In this document: piece after piece, positions 9,940 through 18,639 of the stretch
How positions within the stretch are numbered: the first letter of the stretch is position 1
Layout of the letters: each line of letters begins with the position of its first letter
Assembly (NCBI GenBank): GCA_964501255.1
Contig: CAZCSN010000007.1
Location: forward strand, 3,703 to 67,702
DNA: 64,000 nt
Source: an uncultured Methanospirillum sp.
GTDB lineage: Archaea > Halobacteriota > Methanomicrobia > Methanomicrobiales > Methanospirillaceae
Direction of reading: 5' to 3'
Program-made: the position numbers and the translations under genes
The notes under the pieces: generated by a model
What the model saw: only the letters and a program-made list of their open reading frames with translations
What the model was told of the DNA's origin: nothing
The model's database searches: none

Positions 9940-10310
9940 AAGAAGAAAACGGGCGGGGCCGGAGGGTGCCCTGATGGGATGCTGTCAGGGGGGATGTGAA
10001 TGATGATTATGCCCGATGGAATGGTATGCAGGATGCCGGGGGGTTATCCGGCTACCTTGTGCTGTCTGGTGGGGTTGATGTGTCTGGTAGGTGATCCATG
10101 TGTGCAGACCGGATGGCACCAGAGTACCGATCCGTTGCAACAGTTGTAATGGTATACCGGTGTCATCACCGGTGGATCATATTTTCCGGAAACCAGCTCT
10201 GCATACCATCAGGATGGGCTATAGCGGATGTATCCGGCCCCATTCCCGCGAGGCACCGCTCCGGGGGATCCGTCACGAGTACCTCTGATCCAAAGGGTCA
10301 TCGGGTGTAC
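9940..10310 (-). ncRNA. Candidate structured sRNA (~360 nt) containing a 30-codon sORF
   Basis: Several nested helices and long-range terminal pairings (see findings); upstream TTTTTATT (10339-10346) and downstream pyrimidine tract on the minus strand. Confidence 0.6.
10209..10301 (-). CDS. Putative 30-aa small peptide MTLWIRGTRDGSPGAVPRGNGAGYIRYSPS within the candidate sRNA
   Basis: Manual translation; ATG lies close to the predicted 5' end; coding status unproven. Confidence 0.3.
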   Translation of the reverse strand: MTLWIRGTRDGSPGAVPRGNGAGYIRYSPS

Positions 10311-10803
10311 AATTAAAGTTTACTTCTTGTATTCGTGAAATAAAAATCAAACAATAAATTTCAGGGAGAAATTGTTCTCCGTTCTGACTTCATACAAATA
10401 ACAGATCATCCTCTCCTCCCTGCATCGGTGGTTCACGGGTAATCTGATGATCGCTTTGGCAAAATGGATTTTTATCGACAATTGTCCGGTAGTTTCTATT
10501 GGTGGGCATATGATTGACCGTTATCAGATCTCATATATTCGCGGGTAGATCATGACTTTGGCAGTTTTAACCGGCATGGTCAGTGGTGCGTGCCAGAAAA
10601 ATCCCATCTAATCCTTTAATCCGTTTTATTGCCATATGTATCCGGCTTTTGTCTGAAGGACAGAATGAGAGTATCTTGTCCGGCAAAGCATTCTATAAAA
10701 TTCCGGATATTTTTTTGGGACGTGTGAGTGCATAAATTCACAGGAGACCGTGGAGCCGGCAGGGTTTAGATACCATATTGGTATATGAAATCAACATCAC
10801 TGT

Positions 10804-11445
10804 ATGATACGATATTGTATCGTACTCCTCGTTCTTATTGCAGGGGTGTTCACCAGTGGATGTATGTATGAGTCTCCTGCCCCTTCTCCGGTCCCTGAAG
10901 TACCGGTAACCGACGTTCCAACAGAGATCCCTTCTCCACAGGGAACGCAGGTGGTGGAGAACCAGTCTATAGAACCGGCTGTCGTCAGTGAACCGGAGAT
11001 ACCGGCACCTCCGGTTGCAACAGAAGTCCCTCAGACAATACTGCCCACTCCGACTTCTGATCCAAACCGTGCTTTTCGTGATCTGGTCATCACCAAGCTG
11101 GACCTGATTCAGGAAGGGAAGAAGAAGGTCCTGAGTGCATGGGAGGCAGCGGATCCGGCCCTTACCGGTGAACGTGTGGAAGAACTCCGCCATGCTATTC
11201 GTAATAACAATGATGGCAGCACATTTCCAAAGAAGATGGATTATGTCAGGCTGAATTATTATGACTTTATCGATCGGATGACCCAGTTTGCCGATAACTT
11301 CAAACAGGCTGCCCAACTGATGGAGAGGGGAGAGAATGGTTCTGCCAACTCATATGCTGCTGCAGGAGTTATGGCAGGAGACCGGGCCGATATATCAGAT
11401 AAACGGATTCGGGTATTTCTCAGGGATCATCCAAATCTCCTCTGA
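10804..11445 (+). CDS. Exported/lipoprotein-like hypothetical protein with Pro/Thr/Glu linker
   Basis: Hydrophobic leader ending in SGC, P/T/E-rich stretch, helical C-terminal domain. Confidence 0.75.
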   Translation: MIRYCIVLLVLIAGVFTSGCMYESPAPSPVPEVPVTDVPTEIPSPQGTQVVENQSIEPAVVSEPEIPAPPVATEVPQTILPTPTSDPNRAFRDLVITKLDLIQEGKKKVLSAWEAADPALTGERVEELRHAIRNNNDGSTFPKKMDYVRLNYYDFIDRMTQFADNFKQAAQLMERGENGSANSYAAAGVMAGDRADISDKRIRVFLRDHPNLL

Positions 11446-11501
11446 TTTTTTACCGGAAGGATGATACCCTTCTGCGATGAGTAATCACTTGGTGACTGTG
11501 T

Positions 11502-12065
11502 ATGTACCGGATGATTATTCTTATCCTGGGACTTGGTATTCTGATTCCTGCACTGTATGCAGATGTGGCGGTCGAAGGGGTATCCACGTACTCATATCAG
11601 TATGATATCGTAAATGCCGGTGATTTTCCAGATTATATATTTCTGACCAGCAGTGCGATCTGGGGATGGGAATATCCTCAGATCATAGAGAACGGGACCT
11701 TTGGAGGGGGCTATAAACTGGACGCATTTGTCTTTCATGCCATTCCGGCTGCAGATATTGATTTGAACAGAATTACCGCAGGAAATACTGAAGAGTCTTC
11801 TGCCGATGCAGCAGAAGAAAATGACACACAAGCGTATCTGTCATCGCTTCCCTTCCTGACGGCAAATGTCACACTACCTGTTGGGGCATTTTATGAAGAC
11901 AAACTGGGAATTGAAAATGTGACTGTCAACCTCTCGATTACTGCCCTGAATGCAACCGCCTTTGAGGTGAAGAAAGAGTCTGCCCTGTTCGGGATGAAAA
12001 ACGGCTCGGTTATACAGGCAGCCATCGCAGGTGACGAAGATCCAATCCCCCCTGCGGTATCCTGA
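11502..12065 (+). CDS. Exported acidic hypothetical protein
   Basis: Signal peptide ending ALYA-DV; NAGDFPDYIFL motif; several NxT sequons. Confidence 0.75.
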   Translation: MYRMIILILGLGILIPALYADVAVEGVSTYSYQYDIVNAGDFPDYIFLTSSAIWGWEYPQIIENGTFGGGYKLDAFVFHAIPAADIDLNRITAGNTEESSADAAEENDTQAYLSSLPFLTANVTLPVGAFYEDKLGIENVTVNLSITALNATAFEVKKESALFGMKNGSVIQAAIAGDEDPIPPAVS

Positions 12066-12077
12066 ACGTTCAGTGAG

Positions 12078-12401
12078 ATGGACCTGGCCCTCTTTTTTCT
12101 TCAGGCACTATTTCTTACAATCCTCATTGAATGGATTGTAGTATCCCTGCTGCTTGGGACCGCCTCTATAAGATCCGCCTTATTTGTCCTCCTGCTCAAT
12201 TGTGTAACCAACCCGGCCCTGAATTATCTTCATCTGATACATGATATTCCGGTATGGATCCTTGAATTCGCTGTCGTGATCGGTGAAATATTCCCTATAC
12301 AAATGACGTTTCATCTGGCCTTAAAAGATGCAATCCTGGTAGGTATTCTGATAAACGCCTGTTCCTATTGTGCAGGATTTTTCATCTTTCTTGTGTTATA
12401 A
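12078..12401 (+). CDS. Small 4-TM membrane protein with intramembrane polar/acidic residues
   Basis: LTILIE...NCVTNP...EFAVVIGE...INACSY; 12 bp after the previous gene. Confidence 0.75.
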   Translation: MDLALFFLQALFLTILIEWIVVSLLLGTASIRSALFVLLLNCVTNPALNYLHLIHDIPVWILEFAVVIGEIFPIQMTFHLALKDAILVGILINACSYCAGFFIFLVL

Positions 12402-12409
12402 AAAAAGAA

Positions 12410-13525
12410 TTATTCGATGGTGACTTCCAGCCTGGCCTCTGCAGCATCTGCCGGTTGTGACGGTTCACCAAAATAATAACCGATCTTATCTCCGGTCTTT
12501 ATTTTATAGATGTTCAGACCTTCCTCATCATAGAGGTAATCTTTGAGCAGTGCATCATTGACAAGGACAAACCATGTTTTATCGCCTGAGAAATGATAAT
12601 CGTTAATTCCCTCCAGAATCAGGATATTTCCCTTCTTCATTGCCTTGTCACTTACAGAGAGGTCTGAAATTTTTCCATCCTTCAAAAGAGCATGTAATAT
12701 CCCAAGCGGTGTTGCTGCGTCAATGTCATACTCACCGCCGGTCGTTTCGATGGTTATCGTGCCGGACGGGAGGGAGAGCGAGCCTGAATACAGAACCTCC
12801 TGGTCACCATCGGATCTCTTCTCCTGCACCGGCTTTTCCTCTGTATCGGCTGATATCTGTTCAGCCTCTTCTGTCATCTGGTCCTGCGGGGTGGCTGATG
12901 ACTCAGGAGTGCTGATTTCATCCGGTGCGGATGTCGTTTCATTGGCCGAAGATTCGCGTTCCGGTTCCGGTTCAGCCTCACGAATCTTCCCGACCGTCAC
13001 AGTCAGGTATGCTTTTGACTCTGATACCATGCCGTTCGGATCACCAAGCGTGTATAAGACGACATCGCCTTCATTAAGGGTATACCGGGAGAGCCCTTCG
13101 GTTTCAGCAAGAACAACATCCTCAAGCCGTTTGCCGTTTACCTTTACAAACCAGCCATTACCGTCACCGGAGGAGAGATTGCCGATGCCATAAAGCAGCA
13201 GGGTTCCTTTCTTCTTCATCAGTTCATCGCCAATTGCGATGTTTTCCACAGCCCCTGCCTTCTCAAGGGAAGAGAGCACACCAACCGGAGTATTCCCCGG
13301 GATTGTGTATGACAAGCCGGATTCAGCAGTGATGGATAGTGAACTCTCCGGATCAACCGTTCCATTGTAGAGGAGTCCGGTTGTCTGACTCAAAGAAGCA
13401 GGTGTTGTCTCTTCATCCGTGTCTGTGACAGTCCCGCCGGTCTCCTCCGCATACACCGGGCAGGGTATGCACAAAGCCATGAGAATTATGAAGATAACGG
13501 TACATATTGCATGAATTTTCTGCAT
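12410..13525 (-). CDS. Exported protein with two DUF4430-like domains and an acidic linker
   Basis: Internal duplication TPVGVL/TPLGIL, MKKKG/MKKG, WFVKVN/WFVLVN, LNEGDVV/IKTGDKI; start refined to MQKIHAIC. Confidence 0.72.
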   Translation of the reverse strand: MQKIHAICTVIFIILMALCIPCPVYAEETGGTVTDTDEETTPASLSQTTGLLYNGTVDPESSLSITAESGLSYTIPGNTPVGVLSSLEKAGAVENIAIGDELMKKKGTLLLYGIGNLSSGDGNGWFVKVNGKRLEDVVLAETEGLSRYTLNEGDVVLYTLGDPNGMVSESKAYLTVTVGKIREAEPEPERESSANETTSAPDEISTPESSATPQDQMTEEAEQISADTEEKPVQEKRSDGDQEVLYSGSLSLPSGTITIETTGGEYDIDAATPLGILHALLKDGKISDLSVSDKAMKKGNILILEGINDYHFSGDKTWFVLVNDALLKDYLYDEEGLNIYKIKTGDKIGYYFGEPSQPADAAEARLEVTIE

Positions 13526-13626
13526 AGAATCACTTCGAACTCTGACATGTGTCAGCACAAGAGATTGGCTCTGGGAGAATGAGAAGGTGACTCCCTGATA
13601 ATCTCTATACCGGTACATGCAGAGTA

Positions 13627-14247
13627 ATGGGTATGATGGAGAGGCGGTGCTCTGATATTTCTGATATTCTTATACGGCCCGCTGACTTCTTCAGATCCCA
13701 CCAGGATACCGGACTTTCAGAGGCGCTCCGGATCTATGTACTGCTTCTTGTTTTGTATGCTCTGTTGGCAGGTATCGTCCGGATGATCGGAAATTCCCTG
13801 ATGCTTACGGATGTGATGATGAGATTTCCCCTAATCGGACCGTTTATTGCCCAAAAAGTATGCCCTCTTTTTGCCGGTTATGGCTTTCTGATGATGATTG
13901 GAACCGGTCTTATCGGTCTGTACCTGGTTTTCATACTCAGTGCCCTGTTGCATCCCTTTGTTCTTCTTGCCGGCGGGGAGCAGGGGATCGGGCAGACAAT
14001 AAAGGTTCTTTCGTATGCCGCGGCTCCGGCATTTCTCATCGGCTGGATACCGGTGGTTGGTATCATCGGACTGCTCTGGTCAGTCCTCATCACCATTCAG
14101 GGACTGCAAGTGTGTGCCGGCCTGACATATGTTCGCTCTCTCGGGGTGGTTGTGGTACCGATCCTGCTGCTTTTGTTGGTTCTGGGACTGGGGCTTGGAA
14201 TGGTTCACACCGTCAGTATGATTCTCAATCCCTCATACTGGGTATAA
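13627..14247 (+). CDS. Yip1 family membrane protein
   Basis: LIRPADFF...GGEQGIGQTIKVLSYAAAP...GWIPVVG; about five TM segments. Confidence 0.82.
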   Translation: MGMMERRCSDISDILIRPADFFRSHQDTGLSEALRIYVLLLVLYALLAGIVRMIGNSLMLTDVMMRFPLIGPFIAQKVCPLFAGYGFLMMIGTGLIGLYLVFILSALLHPFVLLAGGEQGIGQTIKVLSYAAAPAFLIGWIPVVGIIGLLWSVLITIQGLQVCAGLTYVRSLGVVVVPILLLLLVLGLGLGMVHTVSMILNPSYWV

Positions 14248-14320
14248 CTGCTCCGGAAGATGTGACTGACGTGTACTAGTGTACGAATACTCATATCATA
14301 CCACGGGTAACGTTGATTGC

Positions 14321-15238
14321 ATGTCTGAATGGTCACGTCTCCTGCAGACCATCGCATTATATATCGTCATCCTTACAGTATTTTCCGGAACGAGTGGTGC
14401 TGATCAATCATGGGAGAAGTCAGAAGGGATTCTGATCACAAGCGATGCATGCGATTTTACCGTGTATGATGATTATGTCCACATCTGTGATCTCTCATCT
14501 CTTCTGGAACGCATGGGAAACAGAACCCTGACGTCAAATCTTTCGATACAGATCTACAGGATGGACCCGGAAGGAATCCTCTCTCCTGATGCCATCCTCC
14601 CGGTTCCGGAGATCCTCTACATTACAGACGGTTCACTCCGGCTGAAGGCGGATGATGAGGAGATAAGAGCAGAGAAGGACGAAGCAGTATATATTCCGCC
14701 ACATAAAGTCAGGATATTTGAGAATGCTGCAAATGAGACCCTTCAGTTTTACTCAATTATTGACTGGTCTGAAGCGTCGGATAAAAACATTACATCTGAA
14801 GCAGATCTTTCCGGCACACCGGAGGAGACCCTGAATACGACCCGGGTCGTCTCTTCGGATCAGATTACTCCGCTTGATCTGGGAAGCCCCGACACAAACC
14901 GGTCATTTCAGTTCTCACGGCTTCTGCATCCCCGTGAAGGCCCCTATAGCATAGGATTTGACATCGGGACTGCTTATATACCCTCCGGCTCAGGTATTCC
15001 TGATCACTACATTGATGGCCGGTACCAGCTCATATCAGTGCGGGAGGGCTGCGGGACCATATCAGTCGGATGTCATGAATACCCGCTGGCAAAGGATGAT
15101 ATCATGTATATCGCCCCCGGAGCAGTGATGAATCTGACTGCTGATGAGGACATGCACCTCATGGTCCTTATGAACCCGTACTATCAGGAGATGTTTGATT
15201 ATGAGATGCCGTATGCATGCGATTATCTCTATGCATGA
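14321..15238 (+). CDS. Exported bicupin protein
   Basis: Signal peptide; cupin motifs EILYITDG..DEAVYIPP and EGCGTI..DDIMYIAPG. Confidence 0.75.
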   Translation: MSEWSRLLQTIALYIVILTVFSGTSGADQSWEKSEGILITSDACDFTVYDDYVHICDLSSLLERMGNRTLTSNLSIQIYRMDPEGILSPDAILPVPEILYITDGSLRLKADDEEIRAEKDEAVYIPPHKVRIFENAANETLQFYSIIDWSEASDKNITSEADLSGTPEETLNTTRVVSSDQITPLDLGSPDTNRSFQFSRLLHPREGPYSIGFDIGTAYIPSGSGIPDHYIDGRYQLISVREGCGTISVGCHEYPLAKDDIMYIAPGAVMNLTADEDMHLMVLMNPYYQEMFDYEMPYACDYLYA

Positions 15239-15280
15239 TACCGGAAGATTGCTACACCATATGGGAGAAATGAGATAAGA

Positions 15281-15814
15281 ATGATCAGATTACCCGTAAT
15301 GCTGCTTGTGTTCCTCTTCCTGTCTCCAGCTCTCGGATCGGTACAGGAATCACCGCGTGATAATGCCACAGATACCATTTCTCTGACAGCCGGGTCTGAG
15401 AAGATCGGTCCTGATTATCAGGTCAGACATGTGGAGGTTATGGTATCGGAGAGTACTACCTCCCCCGGCGGAGTGCTTCATCCATCTGTCCGTGTTGCAA
15501 ACACCGGCAGTGATGACACTCCTTCATACATGGTCAATGTGAGTGCCTTTCTTGGAAATATCACCCTGGTTCCGGTAAAAGGAGCATTTGACTCTCTTCC
15601 TGCCGGAGAGGAGACGACACTCTCTCTCGAATATAAAATCCCTGAAACCATTGATTTTGGCGGGTATATATTCTCCGTACTGATTGATCCTGACCAGACG
15701 CATGATATCAATATCAGTAATAATATGAAAAAGGCGGGTGGGATGGTCAGTATTACCTCACCGGATGATGATTCGTTCATCGGATGTGAGGCCTGCTGGG
15801 AAGGATACCGGTAA
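15281..15814 (+). CDS. Exported CARDB/Ig-like domain protein
   Basis: GPDY..V, VRVANTGS, IDPD....NISNN; C-terminal GCEACW. Confidence 0.75.
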   Translation: MIRLPVMLLVFLFLSPALGSVQESPRDNATDTISLTAGSEKIGPDYQVRHVEVMVSESTTSPGGVLHPSVRVANTGSDDTPSYMVNVSAFLGNITLVPVKGAFDSLPAGEETTLSLEYKIPETIDFGGYIFSVLIDPDQTHDINISNNMKKAGGMVSITSPDDDSFIGCEACWEGYR

Positions 15815-16017
15815 TCCTTCCCGGTATGGTGATACTTGATATACTCTGGCGTCAATTATTGTATAGCAGACGTTTGAGCAATTCTGAAATAGTCCCTGAG
15901 CATCCTTCGGTCTGAAGTGTTTTGTGTCATGCTATTCTCGGTTATGTCTCTGGCAGAGAGGATCCCTACAAATCCGTACCTGCCAATTACACGGATGCAA
16001 AAGATAAGTGATAGATA

Positions 16018-16347
16018 ATGGAAGGAAAGAGATTGTACGTTGGGAACCTCCCCTACTCCACAAACGAGACCCAGATCAGAGAGCTGTTTGCACCGTTTGG
16101 CACGATTGACAGTGTCAAGCTTATCGAACAGAAGGGCTTTGGTTTTGTAGAGATGAGTTCCTCTGAAGAGGCACAAAACGCAATGGACTCACTGAACCAG
16201 ACCGAATTTGGCGGACGGACCCTCAGGATCGATGAAGCACGCCCGATGCAGCCACGCCGTGAATTTGGCGGAAACAGCTCATTTGGTGGCAACCGCGGCT
16301 ATGGCGGCGGAAGCGGTGGCTTTGGCGGCAACCGCAGACGATACTAA
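16018..16347 (+). CDS. RRM RNA-binding protein with Gly-rich tail
   Basis: RNP2 LYVGNL, RNP1 KGFGFVEM, GGRTLRIDEA, RGYGGG tail. Confidence 0.95.
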   Translation: MEGKRLYVGNLPYSTNETQIRELFAPFGTIDSVKLIEQKGFGFVEMSSSEEAQNAMDSLNQTEFGGRTLRIDEARPMQPRREFGGNSSFGGNRGYGGGSGGFGGNRRRY

Positions 16348-16367
16348 ATCTTTTTTATTATCCGGAT

Positions 16368-17012
16368 TTACTGGTGTATTGATTGAAGAACCGGGTATTT
16401 TTGCGCAAGTTCCTGTAGTTTCGCCCGCTTCTCGCGGATCATCTCATCAACCTGTATATTGAGCAGTTCCCGGCACTCCTCTTCGGTATGATCCATATCA
16501 GGAAGACATAAAAGAGCGGCTTCTGATCGAAGGTCAGTAATGACCCTGACCTGCCGTGAGAGTTCAAGCCAGAGTTTTACGTCTTCTTCAGGGATGGATT
16601 CTGAACGGATTTTTGCGGCTGCTTCGTGAAGGGCTTCATACCAGCGGAAAAATGAGTAAATCCCGGCACATATCTCCTCCCGTGTCAGGGGTTTTGCCAT
16701 ATACCCGTACAGCCGCTCTCCATACCTGACCACTTCAACCAGATCCATTTTTTTGGATGAGACCATGATAACCGGCGTCTCATAGCCATGGGTCAGGCTT
16801 TTGATAAGGTCCAGGGTATCCCAGCCATCCAGGGGCTCCATCATAATATCAAGAAGAATGAGATCAAAAGTATCAGTTTTTAAAAGCCTCATCCCTTCGG
16901 ACGGGGATTCTGCGGTCTTGCAGATGTATCCGCAATATGAGAGATCCTCCTGTAAGGTTTTCCTAAAGACTTCTTCATCATCAATGAGCAGGATCTTCTT
17001 CTTTGCAGTCAT
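16368..17012 (-). CDS. Response regulator receiver protein with helical C-terminal extension
   Basis: ILLIDDE, DLILLDIMM, DGW, YMAKP. Confidence 0.9.
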   Translation of the reverse strand: MTAKKKILLIDDEEVFRKTLQEDLSYCGYICKTAESPSEGMRLLKTDTFDLILLDIMMEPLDGWDTLDLIKSLTHGYETPVIMVSSKKMDLVEVVRYGERLYGYMAKPLTREEICAGIYSFFRWYEALHEAAAKIRSESIPEEDVKLWLELSRQVRVITDLRSEAALLCLPDMDHTEEECRELLNIQVDEMIREKRAKLQELAQKYPVLQSIHQ

Positions 17013-17095
17013 CTGGTAATAACCTCTCACATGAGGGGGCTGGATTTATCCCTGTGAAAACCGGCTCCTCATACATTCTTGCGGCTGATCCTTTA

Positions 17096-18298
17096 TCATA
17101 GTTGCTCCTCGTCTGAAATCTTTGGTTTATTTATAGTAAAGTCTGAAAGACGGGTTTGCTGCTCTTTGAGAAGACTTCGGAGCAGGCGTCCTGATCTGAT
17201 AAACCGTTCCGGTTCAAGAGTCATATTCCCGGATACATAGGAGAATGCATCCTTAAAGGTCTCAAACTCTTTTCCTTTGGTGAGCATTGCATGTCTGACA
17301 TTCTCCCTGACATTAAATACCCCAAGAGGGACATACCCCTCAGTGGCCTCCCGAAGGACGATCGCTCCTGCCTGCTTTCTCTCCCGCAGAAGTGCTTCAA
17401 GGACTGCCATTTTACAAGAGTAATAGCACCCTCCGACCGATGAATACTCAGTCTTTGGCCGTTTAATCTCACTATCGGAGAAGACAAGTTTCTCATCACC
17501 CAGAACCCGGATAAACGCCTCTGTCCATTCATACTGCCATCCGGTCGGGGTGAGAATGACCGCATACCGGTTATGCAGGCTTGAAAATTCATGAACCCTC
17601 CAGGTATCTATCGGACTGAATGTTTTCACCTGGTTATAGAGATGGTCTGCAAGGGTACTGTCCACTGCGGTGATCGACCATCTGGTCGGCACAAGATGCC
17701 GGTTCTTTCCATTTCCCATGGTCCCTGCCGAAAATGCCTTTTGAATTGCTGAAAAGGGGACCCGATTCCGGTGAAGAGCAATGACCGCATCCTTTGCGGG
17801 GAGATCGGTATCATAAAATGTCTGTTCAAGATGATGGTTCCATCGTACCGGCTCACATGAGAGCCGCTCTATTGGAGCACTCGGTCCGAACGGGGCATGC
17901 TCCTCGCTTAATGAAAACCCGGTCGGAACCTCAAGAAATGCAGCCTCGCTCTCGACCGATGTATCAGACAGGACAATCTCCTGAAGCTGACTGACAAATC
18001 TGCTGTGAATATCGGTGGTCTCAACAAGACGTTTTCCCCTGACCAGACTGAGCCGGTATCCGATGATCTCCTCCTGTGACTTCTGTGCAGGAATCCAGGA
18101 CTCAGGCGTGTCATATACCCCGGTATCCCCATGGTCCGGGGTGATGAGCGGACCGGCATATACTTTTGGATATCCTGCACTTCCAATAAAGATGGAAGGA
18201 GGGGAGCTCCCATCAAGCTCGGTCCCGATAGGGACTGATCTGCTCTGAAGTGTTGAGACGGTCAGTGTTCTCAGATATTCAGCTTTCCCTATGCTCAT
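17096..18298 (-). CDS. Nre family PCNA-interacting DNA repair protein
   Basis: SSPPSIFIG..GYPKV, LVPTRWSITAVD, GGCYY, VRENVR; PIP box QTRLSDF. Confidence 0.9.
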   Translation of the reverse strand: MSIGKAEYLRTLTVSTLQSRSVPIGTELDGSSPPSIFIGSAGYPKVYAGPLITPDHGDTGVYDTPESWIPAQKSQEEIIGYRLSLVRGKRLVETTDIHSRFVSQLQEIVLSDTSVESEAAFLEVPTGFSLSEEHAPFGPSAPIERLSCEPVRWNHHLEQTFYDTDLPAKDAVIALHRNRVPFSAIQKAFSAGTMGNGKNRHLVPTRWSITAVDSTLADHLYNQVKTFSPIDTWRVHEFSSLHNRYAVILTPTGWQYEWTEAFIRVLGDEKLVFSDSEIKRPKTEYSSVGGCYYSCKMAVLEALLRERKQAGAIVLREATEGYVPLGVFNVRENVRHAMLTKGKEFETFKDAFSYVSGNMTLEPERFIRSGRLLRSLLKEQQTRLSDFTINKPKISDEEQL

Positions 18299-18603
18299 TG
18301 TGTATCATATATCTGAGCAATGTGGGGCAGTACCTTGAGCACGCCGGCAATTCCACTCACAGTAAGTGTCATAAGCACTGCATCAATCATCTCTTCCCTG
18401 CTCGCTCCAAGGGATTTTGCCATGGGAATGTGGGCCCTGACTGCCCGGTCATCACCCATGGCTGTTTTCATGGCAATATATATCAACTGCTTTGTCTTTT
18501 CGTCAAGTCCTTTTGATGCAACAAGTGCCTGTATCAGACCATTGAATGCTGCAGCAACTTCCGGGGCTTCTTTCTGAAAGAGCTCCATAGGAGAGAGTTC
18601 CAT
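18295..18603 (-). CDS. Carboxymuconolactone decarboxylase (CMD/AhpD-like) family protein
   Basis: LDEKTKQLIYIA...H..MAKSLGASREEM. Confidence 0.88.
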   Translation of the reverse strand: MELSPMELFQKEAPEVAAAFNGLIQALVASKGLDEKTKQLIYIAMKTAMGDDRAVRAHIPMAKSLGASREEMIDAVLMTLTVSGIAGVLKVLPHIAQIYDTQ

Positions 18604-18639
18604 GATCAGTATTGATCATGGGACCATATGAAGTCCCAA

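Noticed and set aside
9940-10310. RNase P RNA or SRP RNA identity for the structured RNA
   Set aside because: No GAGGAAAGUCC-type P4 motif and no SRP helix-8 GGAA/AGCAG motif recognised on either strand
10091-10316. Plus-strand ORFs 10091-10288 and 10098-10316
   Set aside because: No protein-like features; promoter and terminator signals favour the minus strand, although one hairpin (10132-10152) pairs better on plus, so the strand is not certain
14271-14284. TGTACTAGT core similar to the PadR palindrome upstream of the bicupin gene
   Set aside because: Only a short core match with non-palindromic flanks; could be chance
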